A DNA stretch of 64,000 nt from Spirochaetia bacterium. GTDB lineage: Bacteria; Spirochaetota; Spirochaetia; SZUA-6; Bin103. A program made the translations under genes and the position numbers. The notes beneath the pieces were generated by a model. The model had not been told where the DNA came from, did no database searches, and saw only the letters and a program-made list of their open reading frames with translations. Positions 48,286 through 57,277 of the stretch are shown piece after piece. The first letter of the stretch is position 1; every line of letters starts with the position of its first letter. The DNA is taken from contig CBDATQ010000002.1 of the NCBI GenBank assembly GCA_965199955.1, forward strand, positions 448,001 through 512,000, read 5' to 3'.

Positions 48286-48349
48286 CGTACCGCCAGGAAC
48301 ATGGTTGAATATACTGAGGCAAGCAGGTCTCAGGGAGGGACGAAGGTGA
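48272..48349 (+). pseudogene. hicA: HicA toxin C-terminal remnant
   Basis: RLSDDVPPGTWLNILRQAGLREGRR*, with GTGA overlap onto hicB. Confidence 0.7.
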
Positions 48350-48663
48350 AGCTCCAGTACGCCGTGGTGTTCGAACGAACCCCCAACAACTGTGGCGCAT
48401 ACGCTCCCGACCTGCCTGGCTGCATCGCCACGGGAGCGTCCATGGACGACACTCGAGCCACCATACGCCAGGCGATTTCGCTGCATATCGAGAGTCTGGC
48501 GGAGCACGGTGAGCCGGTGCCCGAACCGCGGATGTCCGTCGGCGAAGCTCGAGCCTTCCACCGCGCCAGTCTGGCGGACGCCGGAGCTTCGGACTCCGAT
48601 ACGGAAACCACCTTCGGCATGGTCGAGGTGGAGGTCGTGCCATCAAGCACGGCTACCGCGTGA
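48346..48663 (+). CDS. hicB: HicB-family antitoxin
   Basis: YAVVFE...AYAPDLPGCIATG...HIESL..GEPVPEP. Confidence 0.88.
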   Translation: MKLQYAVVFERTPNNCGAYAPDLPGCIATGASMDDTRATIRQAISLHIESLAEHGEPVPEPRMSVGEARAFHRASLADAGASDSDTETTFGMVEVEVVPSSTATA

Positions 48664-48700
48664 TGATGCGCCGCGCGTTGCCGGCGTAAAGGAAAACCAC

Positions 48701-49471
48701 ATGGCACGGATCACGATCACGTACATCGGCCACGCGTCGTTTCGCTTCGAGTCGGACCGCGGCACGGTCAGCTACTTCGACCCGTGGCTGGACGACAACC
48801 CGACCACCACGCTGAGCCGCGACCAGGTCGATGCCGCCGACATCGTGCTGGCCACGCACGGCCACGCCGACCACATCGGCGACAGCTACGAGATCTGCAG
48901 GCGCACCGGAGCGACGTTCATCAGCCACTACGAGCTGTGCGAGGTGGCCAAGGCCGTCGGCCTGAGTGAAGACACCCTGCTGCCGCTCAATCCGGGCGGC
49001 TCGGCGACCGTGGCCGACGTGGAGATCACGATGACCCAGGCGCACCACTCCCACTCGCTGTCCGACCACGTGCTGCCGCACCCGCTGCCGCCGGGCGTGC
49101 TCTACCACACCGGCGGCGCGACCGCCGGCTTCGTGATGGCCTACGACAACGGCGTGACCGTCTACGACGCCGGCGACACCTGCCTGTTCAGCGACATGCA
49201 GCTCATCAGCCAGATGTACGGCCCGCAGGTGGCGATCCTGCCGGTCGGCGGCAAGTACACCATGGGCGTGCGCGAGGGCGCCCGCGCCGCCAGCCTGATC
49301 CGCGCCGACATCGTCATCCCCTGCCACTACGGCCAGGAGCTCGGCCAGCCGGCCGACATCGACGAGCTGACCCGGCAGGTGGCGTTCCTGAGCCCGGGCA
49401 CGGCCGTGGTGCCCCTGGAGCCGGGCCAGTCGGTGACCTACACCGCCAGCTCCTACGAGGTGAGCGGCTGA
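48701..49471 (+). CDS. Metallo-beta-lactamase-fold hydrolase (UPF0173-like)
   Basis: GHASF, THGHADH, AGDT, LPVGGKYTMG, IPCHY. Confidence 0.88.
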   Translation: MARITITYIGHASFRFESDRGTVSYFDPWLDDNPTTTLSRDQVDAADIVLATHGHADHIGDSYEICRRTGATFISHYELCEVAKAVGLSEDTLLPLNPGGSATVADVEITMTQAHHSHSLSDHVLPHPLPPGVLYHTGGATAGFVMAYDNGVTVYDAGDTCLFSDMQLISQMYGPQVAILPVGGKYTMGVREGARAASLIRADIVIPCHYGQELGQPADIDELTRQVAFLSPGTAVVPLEPGQSVTYTASSYEVSG

Positions 49472-49480
49472 GCGCGGCCG

Positions 49481-50200
49481 CTATTTCTTCTTCGCGTACT
49501 GGTGCGTGCCCATGATGGCGCGCACCTCCTCGAAGCCGCGGGCCTGGAGCAGGCGGCCGACCCGGTCCTCCTCGTGCTCCAGGAGCTTCTTCGCGTTGGT
49601 GAGCACCTCCTCGAGCCGCTCGCCCGGGAACTTCACCGCGCCGTTCTCGTCCATGTGGACGATCTCGCCGGGCGCCACGTCCATGCCGGACAGGCGCACC
49701 GGCACCTGCACGGCATGCAGCGCCTGCGGGCCGTGGCCGGCGCACACGCCGCGCGTCAGGTACTGGAACCCCATGGGCCGGATCTCGTGGATGTCGCGCG
49801 AGGGGCCGTTGCTGATCGCGCCGACCGCGCCGCAGGCGCGCAGCGCGGAGGTCATGTTGCCGCCGGACAGCCCCACCTTGTCGGCCAGATGCGGCGGGAA
49901 GCGCTGCTCAAAGCAGAAGATGGACGGCTTGCCGAGCCGGTCCGTCGCTTCCAGCACGTCCAGCAGGGTGAGCGCCGAGTAGCCCGGGTCCGCGACGCCG
50001 TAGACGCAGGTGACCGCGTAGCCGGCCACGGGGCCCAGCTCCGGATACCAGCACGACAGCCGGTTGTCGGTGTACCAGTTCGCCTCCCAGGGGTGGTACA
50101 GCTCCAGGCACAGGTCGTTGCCGGGGTAGGTGGCCACCACGTTGGTGACCGTGGGCGTGTCGATCTTCCTGAGCTCCTCCAGGAGGGCTGCGTCTGACAT
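49481..50200 (-). CDS. RraA/HMG-aldolase family protein
   Basis: DTPTV.N, AGYAVT, G..RD, PGEIVHMDENG. Confidence 0.82.
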   Translation of the reverse strand: MSDAALLEELRKIDTPTVTNVVATYPGNDLCLELYHPWEANWYTDNRLSCWYPELGPVAGYAVTCVYGVADPGYSALTLLDVLEATDRLGKPSIFCFEQRFPPHLADKVGLSGGNMTSALRACGAVGAISNGPSRDIHEIRPMGFQYLTRGVCAGHGPQALHAVQVPVRLSGMDVAPGEIVHMDENGAVKFPGERLEEVLTNAKKLLEHEEDRVGRLLQARGFEEVRAIMGTHQYAKKK

Positions 50201-50222
50201 GGGTTTCTCCTCAGTTCGCCGG

Positions 50223-50274
50223 GGTCCCGCTCGGGATCTCTCACGGCCGGCCGTGAGAGATCCCGAGCGGGACC
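50223..50274. repeat. Perfect 52-bp palindrome
   Basis: ggtcccgctcgggatctctcacggcc|ggccgtgagagatcccgagcgggacc. Confidence 0.95.
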
Positions 50275-50345
50275 GGACCGCCGCAGTCTATCCCATAGCC
50301 CGCGCAGCGTTCAGCACGGGTGCGCGGCGGAACCATGGACCAGGA

Positions 50346-51335
50346 TCACCGCTGGCGGCGCAAATCCGAGAGTCCGTCCTGGTCCAGTTCCAGGTCCAGG
50401 CGGCTGGCACGGCGCAACGTCGCGGCGTGTCGTTTGAGGTCGCGAAAGCTGGCCTCGTCGATCCCGGTGGCGGCTTCGATAACGGACCACGGAACATCGC
50501 GCTCGAGCAGGCCGTCAATGGCTTGAGCCAGCTCCAGTCTTCCTTCCTGACGACCTTCTCGACGGCCTCTCTCGATCAGTTGCTCAACGTAGTTCATCAC
50601 GTCTCCTCCGCGGCCGGGTACGTTGCGGCGCAGCGCCCGGACGAAAAGCGGCCGGTACTCGCCCGGCTGCGTCGTGAGCACGTACTCCACGTGCTTGGCG
50701 ACTTCCGCGAATCCGGCGGCGCGGTACAGCTCGCCCATCAGCCGCGTCGCCGACTCCAGCAGCTCCTCCCGAGGCTCGCGGAACGCGGCCATCATCGCGA
50801 TCTGGGCAAGCTTGGCGGACAGGGCCCCGGGCACCGACTTCGGGCTCTGCCTGGTCTGGTCGATCAGCAGGTGCTCGAAGCGCGGCACCCAACGCCACGC
50901 TGGCTCCGCATCGGCGAACAACGTTGCGAACTCCCGCTCGTACTGCCACGGTTCGGCTCCCTGATAGAGTACCAGCGGCACGATCAGCGGCAAGCGGTGC
51001 TCGCTTCCGTGCCGGGTCCGCCAGCGGAGCCAGACCTGTAGACAGTAGTTCAGCATTCGCAACGGCATCCACGAGTCGGGCGACGACTGGTGCTCCAGCA
51101 GCACGTAGAGCAGGACGGGCGTCGGAGGCGCCTCCCGCTCGACGGAGAAGAGCAGGTCGGCCTCGCTGTCGCGCCAGTCGGGGCTGACGAAGCGCCCCGG
51201 CTGCAGGGTGAGCGTGGACCAGCGCAGTGTCCGGGCAAGCGGACCCGGGACGCAGGCGCGGAGCAGGCTGGCGGCGTCACGGGTGTTGGAGAAGACGCTG
51301 CGGAAGTACTTGTCGTGCGGTCGGCTCGGGCTCAC
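50346..51335 (-). CDS. Rpn/YhgA-like PD-(D/E)XK nuclease
   Basis: PHDKYFR, DLLFSV, LLEHQS, MPLRMLNY, PLVLYQG, EGRREGRQEG tail. Confidence 0.92.
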   Translation of the reverse strand: MSPSRPHDKYFRSVFSNTRDAASLLRACVPGPLARTLRWSTLTLQPGRFVSPDWRDSEADLLFSVEREAPPTPVLLYVLLEHQSSPDSWMPLRMLNYCLQVWLRWRTRHGSEHRLPLIVPLVLYQGAEPWQYEREFATLFADAEPAWRWVPRFEHLLIDQTRQSPKSVPGALSAKLAQIAMMAAFREPREELLESATRLMGELYRAAGFAEVAKHVEYVLTTQPGEYRPLFVRALRRNVPGRGGDVMNYVEQLIERGRREGRQEGRLELAQAIDGLLERDVPWSVIEAATGIDEASFRDLKRHAATLRRASRLDLELDQDGLSDLRRQR

Positions 51336-51488
51336 ACCTCATCAATGCCCGCTCGTGCGCTGGCGCTTGAGCCGGCCACTCGGCAGGCATGCGTCGCAGA
51401 CAGTCTGGCGGTCGGGGCTTGGCTGGACGGCTGCTTGCGCTACGGTGTTGCGCGAACCTCGTCTACCACCTCGGACGTGCGAAGCGGC

Positions 51489-51923
51489 TCAATCGCCACC
51501 AGGTGAGTCGGTCTCCGGCGGTTTCGGACGTGGGAGTTCGCGCTTGGCATCCGTGAGATCGCGCAGCACCTGAACCAGGTCTTCTCGAAGGCCGGCGCGC
51601 AGTTCGCGCTGCAGCTCCATCGCCCACGCGGGTGCTGCTTCCTCACCGGAGGCGGGACGCTCGCGGACCGACTGGCCCTCGCAGCCTCGGCGCGCGCGGG
51701 CCGAGGCCGGACTACGTGGCGGTCCGACGTAGAACTCGAGCCCGAGCGCGGACGAGATCCGTTCCAGCGTGGTGCTCAGCGGGGCGTGCCCCTGCATGAG
51801 GCTGCGGAGCTGCCCAACGGGGATTCCGGTACGAACGGAGAGCGGCCGCAGGCCCTCCCGCTCGACATGCAGCCGTACCGCGGAGCGGAGATGGTCCAGT
51901 CCGAATCGTGTCACATGTAACAC
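51489..51923 (-). CDS. Phage-repressor-like HTH protein, copy A
   Basis: GLRPLSVRTGIPVGQLRSL..G..PLSTTLERISSALGLEFYVGPPR XRE-like HTH; paralog at 53724-54161; start uncertain. Confidence 0.7.
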   Translation of the reverse strand: MLHVTRFGLDHLRSAVRLHVEREGLRPLSVRTGIPVGQLRSLMQGHAPLSTTLERISSALGLEFYVGPPRSPASARARRGCEGQSVRERPASGEEAAPAWAMELQRELRAGLREDLVQVLRDLTDAKRELPRPKPPETDSPGGD

Positions 51924-52009
51924 GATAGCGAAGATCCGAGCAGAACCCAACACGCGTCGTTGACGATACTTGGGCATCCGTGATACGCATAGCACGATAT
52001 GTGCTACCC

Positions 52010-52125
52010 ATGACATGAATGAGCACTCTCGAGCCTATGCACGGTCTGCGCCGCGCGTACGCGCTGCCGCTCTCGATGGTCCGGTCTTGCGACCGTGGCG
52101 GCGATACGACCGCGCCTGTGCGGGA
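52010..52125 (+). pseudogene. Degenerate copy of the Cro-like gene
   Basis: gcgcgtacgcgctgccgctctcgatggtccggtcttgcgaccg aligns by eye with gcgcgtacccggcgccggctgtcgacggtgtcccgtcttgcgaccg at about 54290. Confidence 0.6.
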
Positions 52126-52167
52126 CTTCGGTCCTGACCAGACAGCATCGACACAGGAGGACAGACG

Positions 52168-53295
52168 ATGCGAACCATCAACAGATCGATAGCGACGGCA
52201 AGCGCCTTGGCCGCAGTCGGAGCAATACTACTTGTCGGCTGCAGGGCGCCGGCGGCTGTGCCGGACGTGGCGGCTGTGCCGGACGTCGGGTTCGCGGCAG
52301 GGAAGCTGACGATCTCCCTGTCGACGATGGTCGTCGACACACCGGTGACGGAGCCGTTGCCAGAGGCCGTGGGAGGCGAGGAGGATCTCGTATACTCGCT
52401 GTCGGGGGCCGTGCCCGGGCTCACGTTTGATCCGGCAACCAGGGTGCTGAGCGGCACACCTACCACGCCGGGAACATACCCTATGACCTACACGGCCAAG
52501 GACTCCGCGACCGGAGGCACCATGGAGTCGGTGACGTTCACGATCGTCGTGAACGCAAAACCGCTGACGAACCGGGAGCGCATCCTTGGCACGTGGCAGA
52601 AAACATTCGAATGGTATCGGTGGGACGAAGACGCCATGGAAGACGTCATGATAGGAACCTTCGTTGATTTTGTGACCTTCACAGAGACTCGGTACATTTT
52701 CGCTCGATCTCACTTTCTCATGGACGGATCGTTCGATCATGATTGGGTTTACTCCGCGACTTGGACCATCACGGATGAGGAAATCGTCCTCAAATGGTAC
52801 GATAACCATGACGATGACGACGAAACTGACGATGTCGTTATAGAACGGCGGAAGTCCTATTTTCTGGTCGGGGATGGTGACTTACTTGTCAATCACTTGG
52901 GGGACAGAAGCGGCAAAGACAGGGCTTTGGATCGGATGGCTCGCGTTTCGGACCCCTCGCTTGCCCTGCCGCCGGTCGGCGTTTGGGTTTTTGAGTGGCA
53001 CAGTGACGAAAACGACCACTACCACATCGTAACCATGACCTTGGCACCTGACGGCACATTCACATGGTCGGAGCAGAATCTGCATTCCACGCGCACCTTG
53101 AGTGGCCGATGGGACTTCGACCCGGACAACTACTACCTCTACGTTACGGGCGCCACCGGGACAACGGTGCGCTTCGCCTATGCTCCCATGTCGAGCGAGT
53201 CAGGGGAGCGCATGATCGCGGTATCGCCTTGGCAAGAGGAACTTGAGGACCGGTCGTACGGGGACTACAATTACGTGATGACCCTCCAGCAATAG
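52168..53295 (+). CDS. Lipoprotein with an Ig-like (He_PIG-type) domain and beta-rich C-terminal repeats
   Basis: RBS aggagga; lipobox LVGC; PGLTFDPATRVLSGTPTTPGTY.MTYTA.D; two G.W lipocalin-like repeats; lower GC 3' half. Confidence 0.78.
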   Translation: MRTINRSIATASALAAVGAILLVGCRAPAAVPDVAAVPDVGFAAGKLTISLSTMVVDTPVTEPLPEAVGGEEDLVYSLSGAVPGLTFDPATRVLSGTPTTPGTYPMTYTAKDSATGGTMESVTFTIVVNAKPLTNRERILGTWQKTFEWYRWDEDAMEDVMIGTFVDFVTFTETRYIFARSHFLMDGSFDHDWVYSATWTITDEEIVLKWYDNHDDDDETDDVVIERRKSYFLVGDGDLLVNHLGDRSGKDRALDRMARVSDPSLALPPVGVWVFEWHSDENDHYHIVTMTLAPDGTFTWSEQNLHSTRTLSGRWDFDPDNYYLYVTGATGTTVRFAYAPMSSESGERMIAVSPWQEELEDRSYGDYNYVMTLQQ

Positions 53296-53474
53296 CCGGA
53301 ACGCTGACGGCGTTCCGGCTAATTGCCCTTCACGGATGCCAAGGAACGCTCGTCGGCGATGCCTGCGGACGGCGAACGTGATCGACGTCGCCGTCCGCGG
53401 CCAATCACCAACAGGGATCGAAGGACCTGTGAGTCGAGGACGTGATCGTAACGCGGCCGTCCGGTTGGAGACCT

Positions 53475-53682
53475 TCAGGTGGGGCCGTCGTCGTCGGCGT
53501 CGACATGCTGCTTGAGCTTCCGAAAGGCAGCCTCGTCGATGCCGGTGGCGGCCTCGATGGTGGACCATGGTTACGGCGCGGACCAGGAACGCCTCGATGG
53601 TTCGGATTCGCCCCTTCAGTTCTCCTTCGTACAGACCCTCTCGGTGCCCCTTCAGTTCTCCTTCCCGGCGACCTTCCTTGAA
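53475..53682 (-). pseudogene. Orphan Rpn C-terminal tail
   Basis: EGRREGELKGHREGLYEGELKGRIRTIEAFL, then shifted PWSTIEAATGIDEAAFRKLKQH, matching the Rpn tail PWSVIEAATGIDEASFRDLKRH. Confidence 0.8.
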
Positions 53683-53723
53683 CCGTCCTCAAGACCTTCC
53701 GTGGGGCCGGAGGAGCCGGTTCC

Positions 53724-54161
53724 TCACTCGCCACTGCCCGCTGATTCGGTGGCCGGCGGGTTCGGACGAATGGAATCGGGCTTGGTGCCGGTGAGCTGGC
53801 GCAGTACCTCAGCCAAGTCCTGTCGAAGGCCGGCGCGCAGTTCGCGCTGCAGCTTCGCCGCCCACGCAGGTGGGGCTTCCACGCCGGGGCCGGGACGTTC
53901 GCGGACCGAGCGGCCCTCTTAGCCTCTGCGGACGCGGGCCGACTCCGGCTTGCGTGGTGGTCCTATGTAGAACTCCAGACCGAGGGCGGACGAAACACGC
54001 TCCAGGGTCGTGCTCAGCGCGGCGCGTCCCTGGAGGATGCTGCGAAGCTGTCCGACGGGAACGCCGGTGCGGACAGAGAGTGGCCGCAGCCCCTCACGTT
54101 CGACGTGTTGCCGTACCGCGGAGCGGAGGCGTTCCAGCCCCAATTGTTTCACATGTAACAC
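53724..54161 (-). pseudogene. Phage-repressor-like HTH protein, copy B, with in-frame TAA at 53919-53921
   Basis: Collinear with copy A beyond the stop (PAWAAKLQRELRAGLRQDL versus PAWAMELQRELRAGLREDL). Confidence 0.75.
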
Positions 54162-54239
54162 AATATCGATGCTCCATCTAAACGACAACATGCGCGGTTG
54201 ACGGGCTACTGCCCCGTGTTATGAATAACATATCGAGCT

Positions 54240-54707
54240 ATGGATGACACGACGGAATGGCTATCGCGCCTGTGCGCGATCTTCGCTGCGCGTACCCGGC
54301 GCCGGCTGTCGACGGTGTCCCGTCTTGCGACCGGGAGCGGAGAGACGATCGCCCGCCTGAAGAGCGGACGCACCATAACGATCCGGCGCGCGGCGCGGGC
54401 GTTTCAGTACCTCTCCGACCACTGGCCGGACGACCAGGAATGGCCTGCCGAGATTCCGCGGCCCGAGGCCGTTCTCGGCAAGGCCCGCCCAAGTATGCGC
54501 CGGAGCGCAGTCCGTCGCCATGTCGCCACCAGCGAGATCGCGAAAGACGTCGCTGTTGAGGCGGGCGTCGAGCGGTTCACCGAGCAAGTGGCCGGTGAAC
54601 CCCATCGATCTCAATCCCGAACGCGTCAAGCATGTATTGGACGGACGGAGGGCCGAACAGGATCTGGCGCGCCAATCTGGACGGGTCCGGAGTCGAGGCG
54701 CTCGTAA
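54240..54707 (+). CDS. Cro-like small HTH protein (about the first 80 aa); C-terminal extension probably junk
   Basis: LSTVSRLATGSGETIARL..G.TITIRRA...LSDHWP....WPAEIPRP resembles phage Cro-position proteins; divergent from HTH copy B. Confidence 0.6.
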   Translation: MDDTTEWLSRLCAIFAARTRRRLSTVSRLATGSGETIARLKSGRTITIRRAARAFQYLSDHWPDDQEWPAEIPRPEAVLGKARPSMRRSAVRRHVATSEIAKDVAVEAGVERFTEQVAGEPHRSQSRTRQACIGRTEGRTGSGAPIWTGPESRRS

Positions 54708-54862
54708 CTTCCGATTTGGAGTCCCCGACCGCGATCGCCCTGGATCTCGTCAATCGAAAAGTGTATTGGGCTCACAGCGGACTGGGCACCATCAAGCGCG
54801 CCAACCTCGATGGGTCCGGCATCGAGGAGATCGTGAGTGGGGGGACGGATCCGGACGACTGA
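54632..54862 (+). pseudogene. LDL-receptor class B (YWTD) repeat fragment
   Basis: MYWTD...IWRANLDGS.VE.LV...P.AIALD...KVYW...IKRANLDGS; only about 2 blades. Confidence 0.78.
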
Positions 54863-54916
54863 AGGGAGGTGGCCGCGGCCGACGTCGTCAGGGTCAGTGT
54901 GTGCGGATAGTGCCGG

Positions 54917-57277
54917 CTAAGCGGGAAACAGCTCCAACTGGCGCTGATTGCGGCGGATCTCGTCGAAGTCGAGCTGCAGGAGGCGCAGCACCGGCTCCGC
55001 GACCGGGCGGATCTGGCGCTCGATGTAGTGCTCGTAGTTCAGGAGGTTGTGCTGCCTGCCGGTCGGCTCCGGGCCCTCGACGGTGATGACGTACTCGATC
55101 ACGCCGCGCAGCTCTCCCGCGGCGGGGGCGCCGCGCTTTTGCGCGGCTACCACGTGCGGCGGAAATGCACGGTACTCCCCGGCCTCTTTGCGGAGGGACT
55201 TGCGGTAGACGAGCTGCCGGTCGCACCTTCCCGCCGACACCTCGACGATCACCTGCCGCAGGTAATCGTCGACCGGATCGCCGGCGAACAGGCGGGTGTA
55301 GAGCTCGCGCTGGACCTCGTGGGCGAGCTCCGTCCAGTCGCTGCGCACGACCTCCATGCCAGTGAAGTGCAATCGGCCGCCGGCCAGGCCCACGTACCGC
55401 TTGGTGGCGCCGCGCTCGCCGGAGCGCAAGGGAGGCAGGAACAGGCGCTCGAACAGGGTCTCGAACTCCATCTGCAGTGCGCTCCGCACGCGCCAGGTCT
55501 CCGCGATGTAGCGAGCCAGGTCCTTGGTCAACTCCTCCGCCAGCCGCTCTCCCTGCGCTGCTGCATCGTCTTCGTCCGCCGCGACGAACAGGCTGTCGGT
55601 GTCTCCGTACAGGACCTGGAGGCCGTGCTGCTCCATCCACTCCTTGGCCCAGAGCAGGAAGTGCTGGCCGAATCCCGTGATCGCGTTCGCCAGCCGGTGG
55701 TCGTGGAACCGGCACGATGGCGTGCCCAGCACGCCGTAGAAGGAGTTCATCAGCAGCTTGATGGCGTTGCCGGCCACCGCGTCGCCCGCTTCCCTGGCCC
55801 GTGCGCGGCTTTCGAACAGTCCGTCCAGCAGCTCGGTCAGGATGCCTCGCTCCCGGCGGAAGCAGGCGCCGTTCGGGGCGCGGATGACCTCGCCTTCCTT
55901 CCCGTCGGGAACGGGCTCCCGGATCAGTCCCAGCGGATCGATCTGGAAGGTGCGGATTATGCTGGGGTACAGGCTCCGGAAGTCGAACACCATCACGTTC
56001 CCGTGCAGCCCCGGTTGCGAGGGCAGGACGTGGCCGCCCTGCTGGCCCTGCCGAGCCTCCGTGCCGTTCTCGCCTTGCGTGACTCCGACGGTGGGGGTCA
56101 CCACGCCCCGCTCCCGCAGGCGCGACAGGTACAGAAAGTCGAAGGCGGCGATGGAGGCGCCGGCGCGGTCGGGCGGCATGCCGGTGAGCAGGCTGCGCTG
56201 CACGGTGAACGGAACCAGCTTCAGCTTCTCCAGGATGTCGAAGGCGAGCCGCGCGTCGGTGAGGTTGTACCGCACGAAGCGCTCCGGATCCCGCTCGAAG
56301 GCGCGCTGGATCTCTGCGGCGTGGTCGGCGGCGTGGAAGGTCTTGCCCTCGCCCAGGATGTGGCGGGACGCGGTCTCCAGGCTGTAGTCGGGCAGGCGCA
56401 CCCCGACGGCGCGCAGCAGGCGGATGCCGTCGAGCACTGTCCGGCCCGGGATGAACACCGAGTCGCTGAACCGGCGCGCCCCCTCGCCGCGCTGGCGGAG
56501 CTCGCCCGGCGCGCGGCCCAGCTCCATCGGCACCCCGGCGGCAGCCGCCCGCCGGATCAGCACCGGCACGTCGAAGTCGATGATGCTCCAGCCCGTCAGC
56601 ACGTCGGGATCGAGCTCGCGGATCCGCCGGCAGAGGAGGGTGAGCAGCTCCCTCTCGTCCGCGCACGGCGTCGCGCCGCTCGGGCAGGCGGCGTGCGCGG
56701 CCTCATCCGGACAACACAGCAGGACCTCCCGCGCCCCGCATCCCCAGAGCGACACCGAGTAGAGCTGCTGCGCCTTGGGATCGGTCTCGATGTCGAGTGA
56801 GAGCGTGTTCAGCTCCGGGGTCCAGTCCGCCGGCTGAAGCCGCGGCTCGTGGAACAGCACCGTCCGGGAGAAGCTTCCGCCGAGGGGAGCGGGTTTGCCG
56901 TCGATGCGCATGGCGCTGCGGATGCCTCGATCGATGAGGTGGCGATAAGCGAAGCGGACGTCAGCCTCGTACGTGGGCACGCCGGCGCGGTGCAGCCGCT
57001 CACGCAGCGGCGGAGCCTCCTGGGGGTGAGCCAGCTCCACGCGGCAGACGCGGGCGCCGTGCAGCGTCCGGAGCTCGGTTGGCACGAGCCGGGCGCCTGC
57101 GGCCCGCGCCTGCACCCGGTCCGAGTGCTCGACGTAGAAGTAGGGGACCGCGCGGCCGTCGCGCACGAGGAACGGGCGGCCGTCCTGGAGCTTGCCGTAC
57201 AGGTGGACGACCGCGCGCCCGTCGGCGCCGGAGTTGACGTAGGTCGCGTTGAGGAGGTAGCCGACGAACCCGCTCAC
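54917..57277 (-). CDS. polB: DNA polymerase II (family B)
   Basis: Exonuclease DIET; DFRSLYPSII; KLLMNSFYG; YGDTDSLF. Confidence 0.93.
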   Translation of the reverse strand: MSGFVGYLLNATYVNSGADGRAVVHLYGKLQDGRPFLVRDGRAVPYFYVEHSDRVQARAAGARLVPTELRTLHGARVCRVELAHPQEAPPLRERLHRAGVPTYEADVRFAYRHLIDRGIRSAMRIDGKPAPLGGSFSRTVLFHEPRLQPADWTPELNTLSLDIETDPKAQQLYSVSLWGCGAREVLLCCPDEAAHAACPSGATPCADERELLTLLCRRIRELDPDVLTGWSIIDFDVPVLIRRAAAAGVPMELGRAPGELRQRGEGARRFSDSVFIPGRTVLDGIRLLRAVGVRLPDYSLETASRHILGEGKTFHAADHAAEIQRAFERDPERFVRYNLTDARLAFDILEKLKLVPFTVQRSLLTGMPPDRAGASIAAFDFLYLSRLRERGVVTPTVGVTQGENGTEARQGQQGGHVLPSQPGLHGNVMVFDFRSLYPSIIRTFQIDPLGLIREPVPDGKEGEVIRAPNGACFRRERGILTELLDGLFESRARAREAGDAVAGNAIKLLMNSFYGVLGTPSCRFHDHRLANAITGFGQHFLLWAKEWMEQHGLQVLYGDTDSLFVAADEDDAAAQGERLAEELTKDLARYIAETWRVRSALQMEFETLFERLFLPPLRSGERGATKRYVGLAGGRLHFTGMEVVRSDWTELAHEVQRELYTRLFAGDPVDDYLRQVIVEVSAGRCDRQLVYRKSLRKEAGEYRAFPPHVVAAQKRGAPAAGELRGVIEYVITVEGPEPTGRQHNLLNYEHYIERQIRPVAEPVLRLLQLDFDEIRRNQRQLELFPA

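Noticed and set aside
51489..54707. Intact prophage
   Set aside because: No integrase, replication, packaging or structural genes around the HTH pairs.
54917..57277. Pipolin/casposon-type mobile polymerase
   Set aside because: Motif layout fits cellular Pol II; no integrase, Cas1 or terminal repeats nearby.
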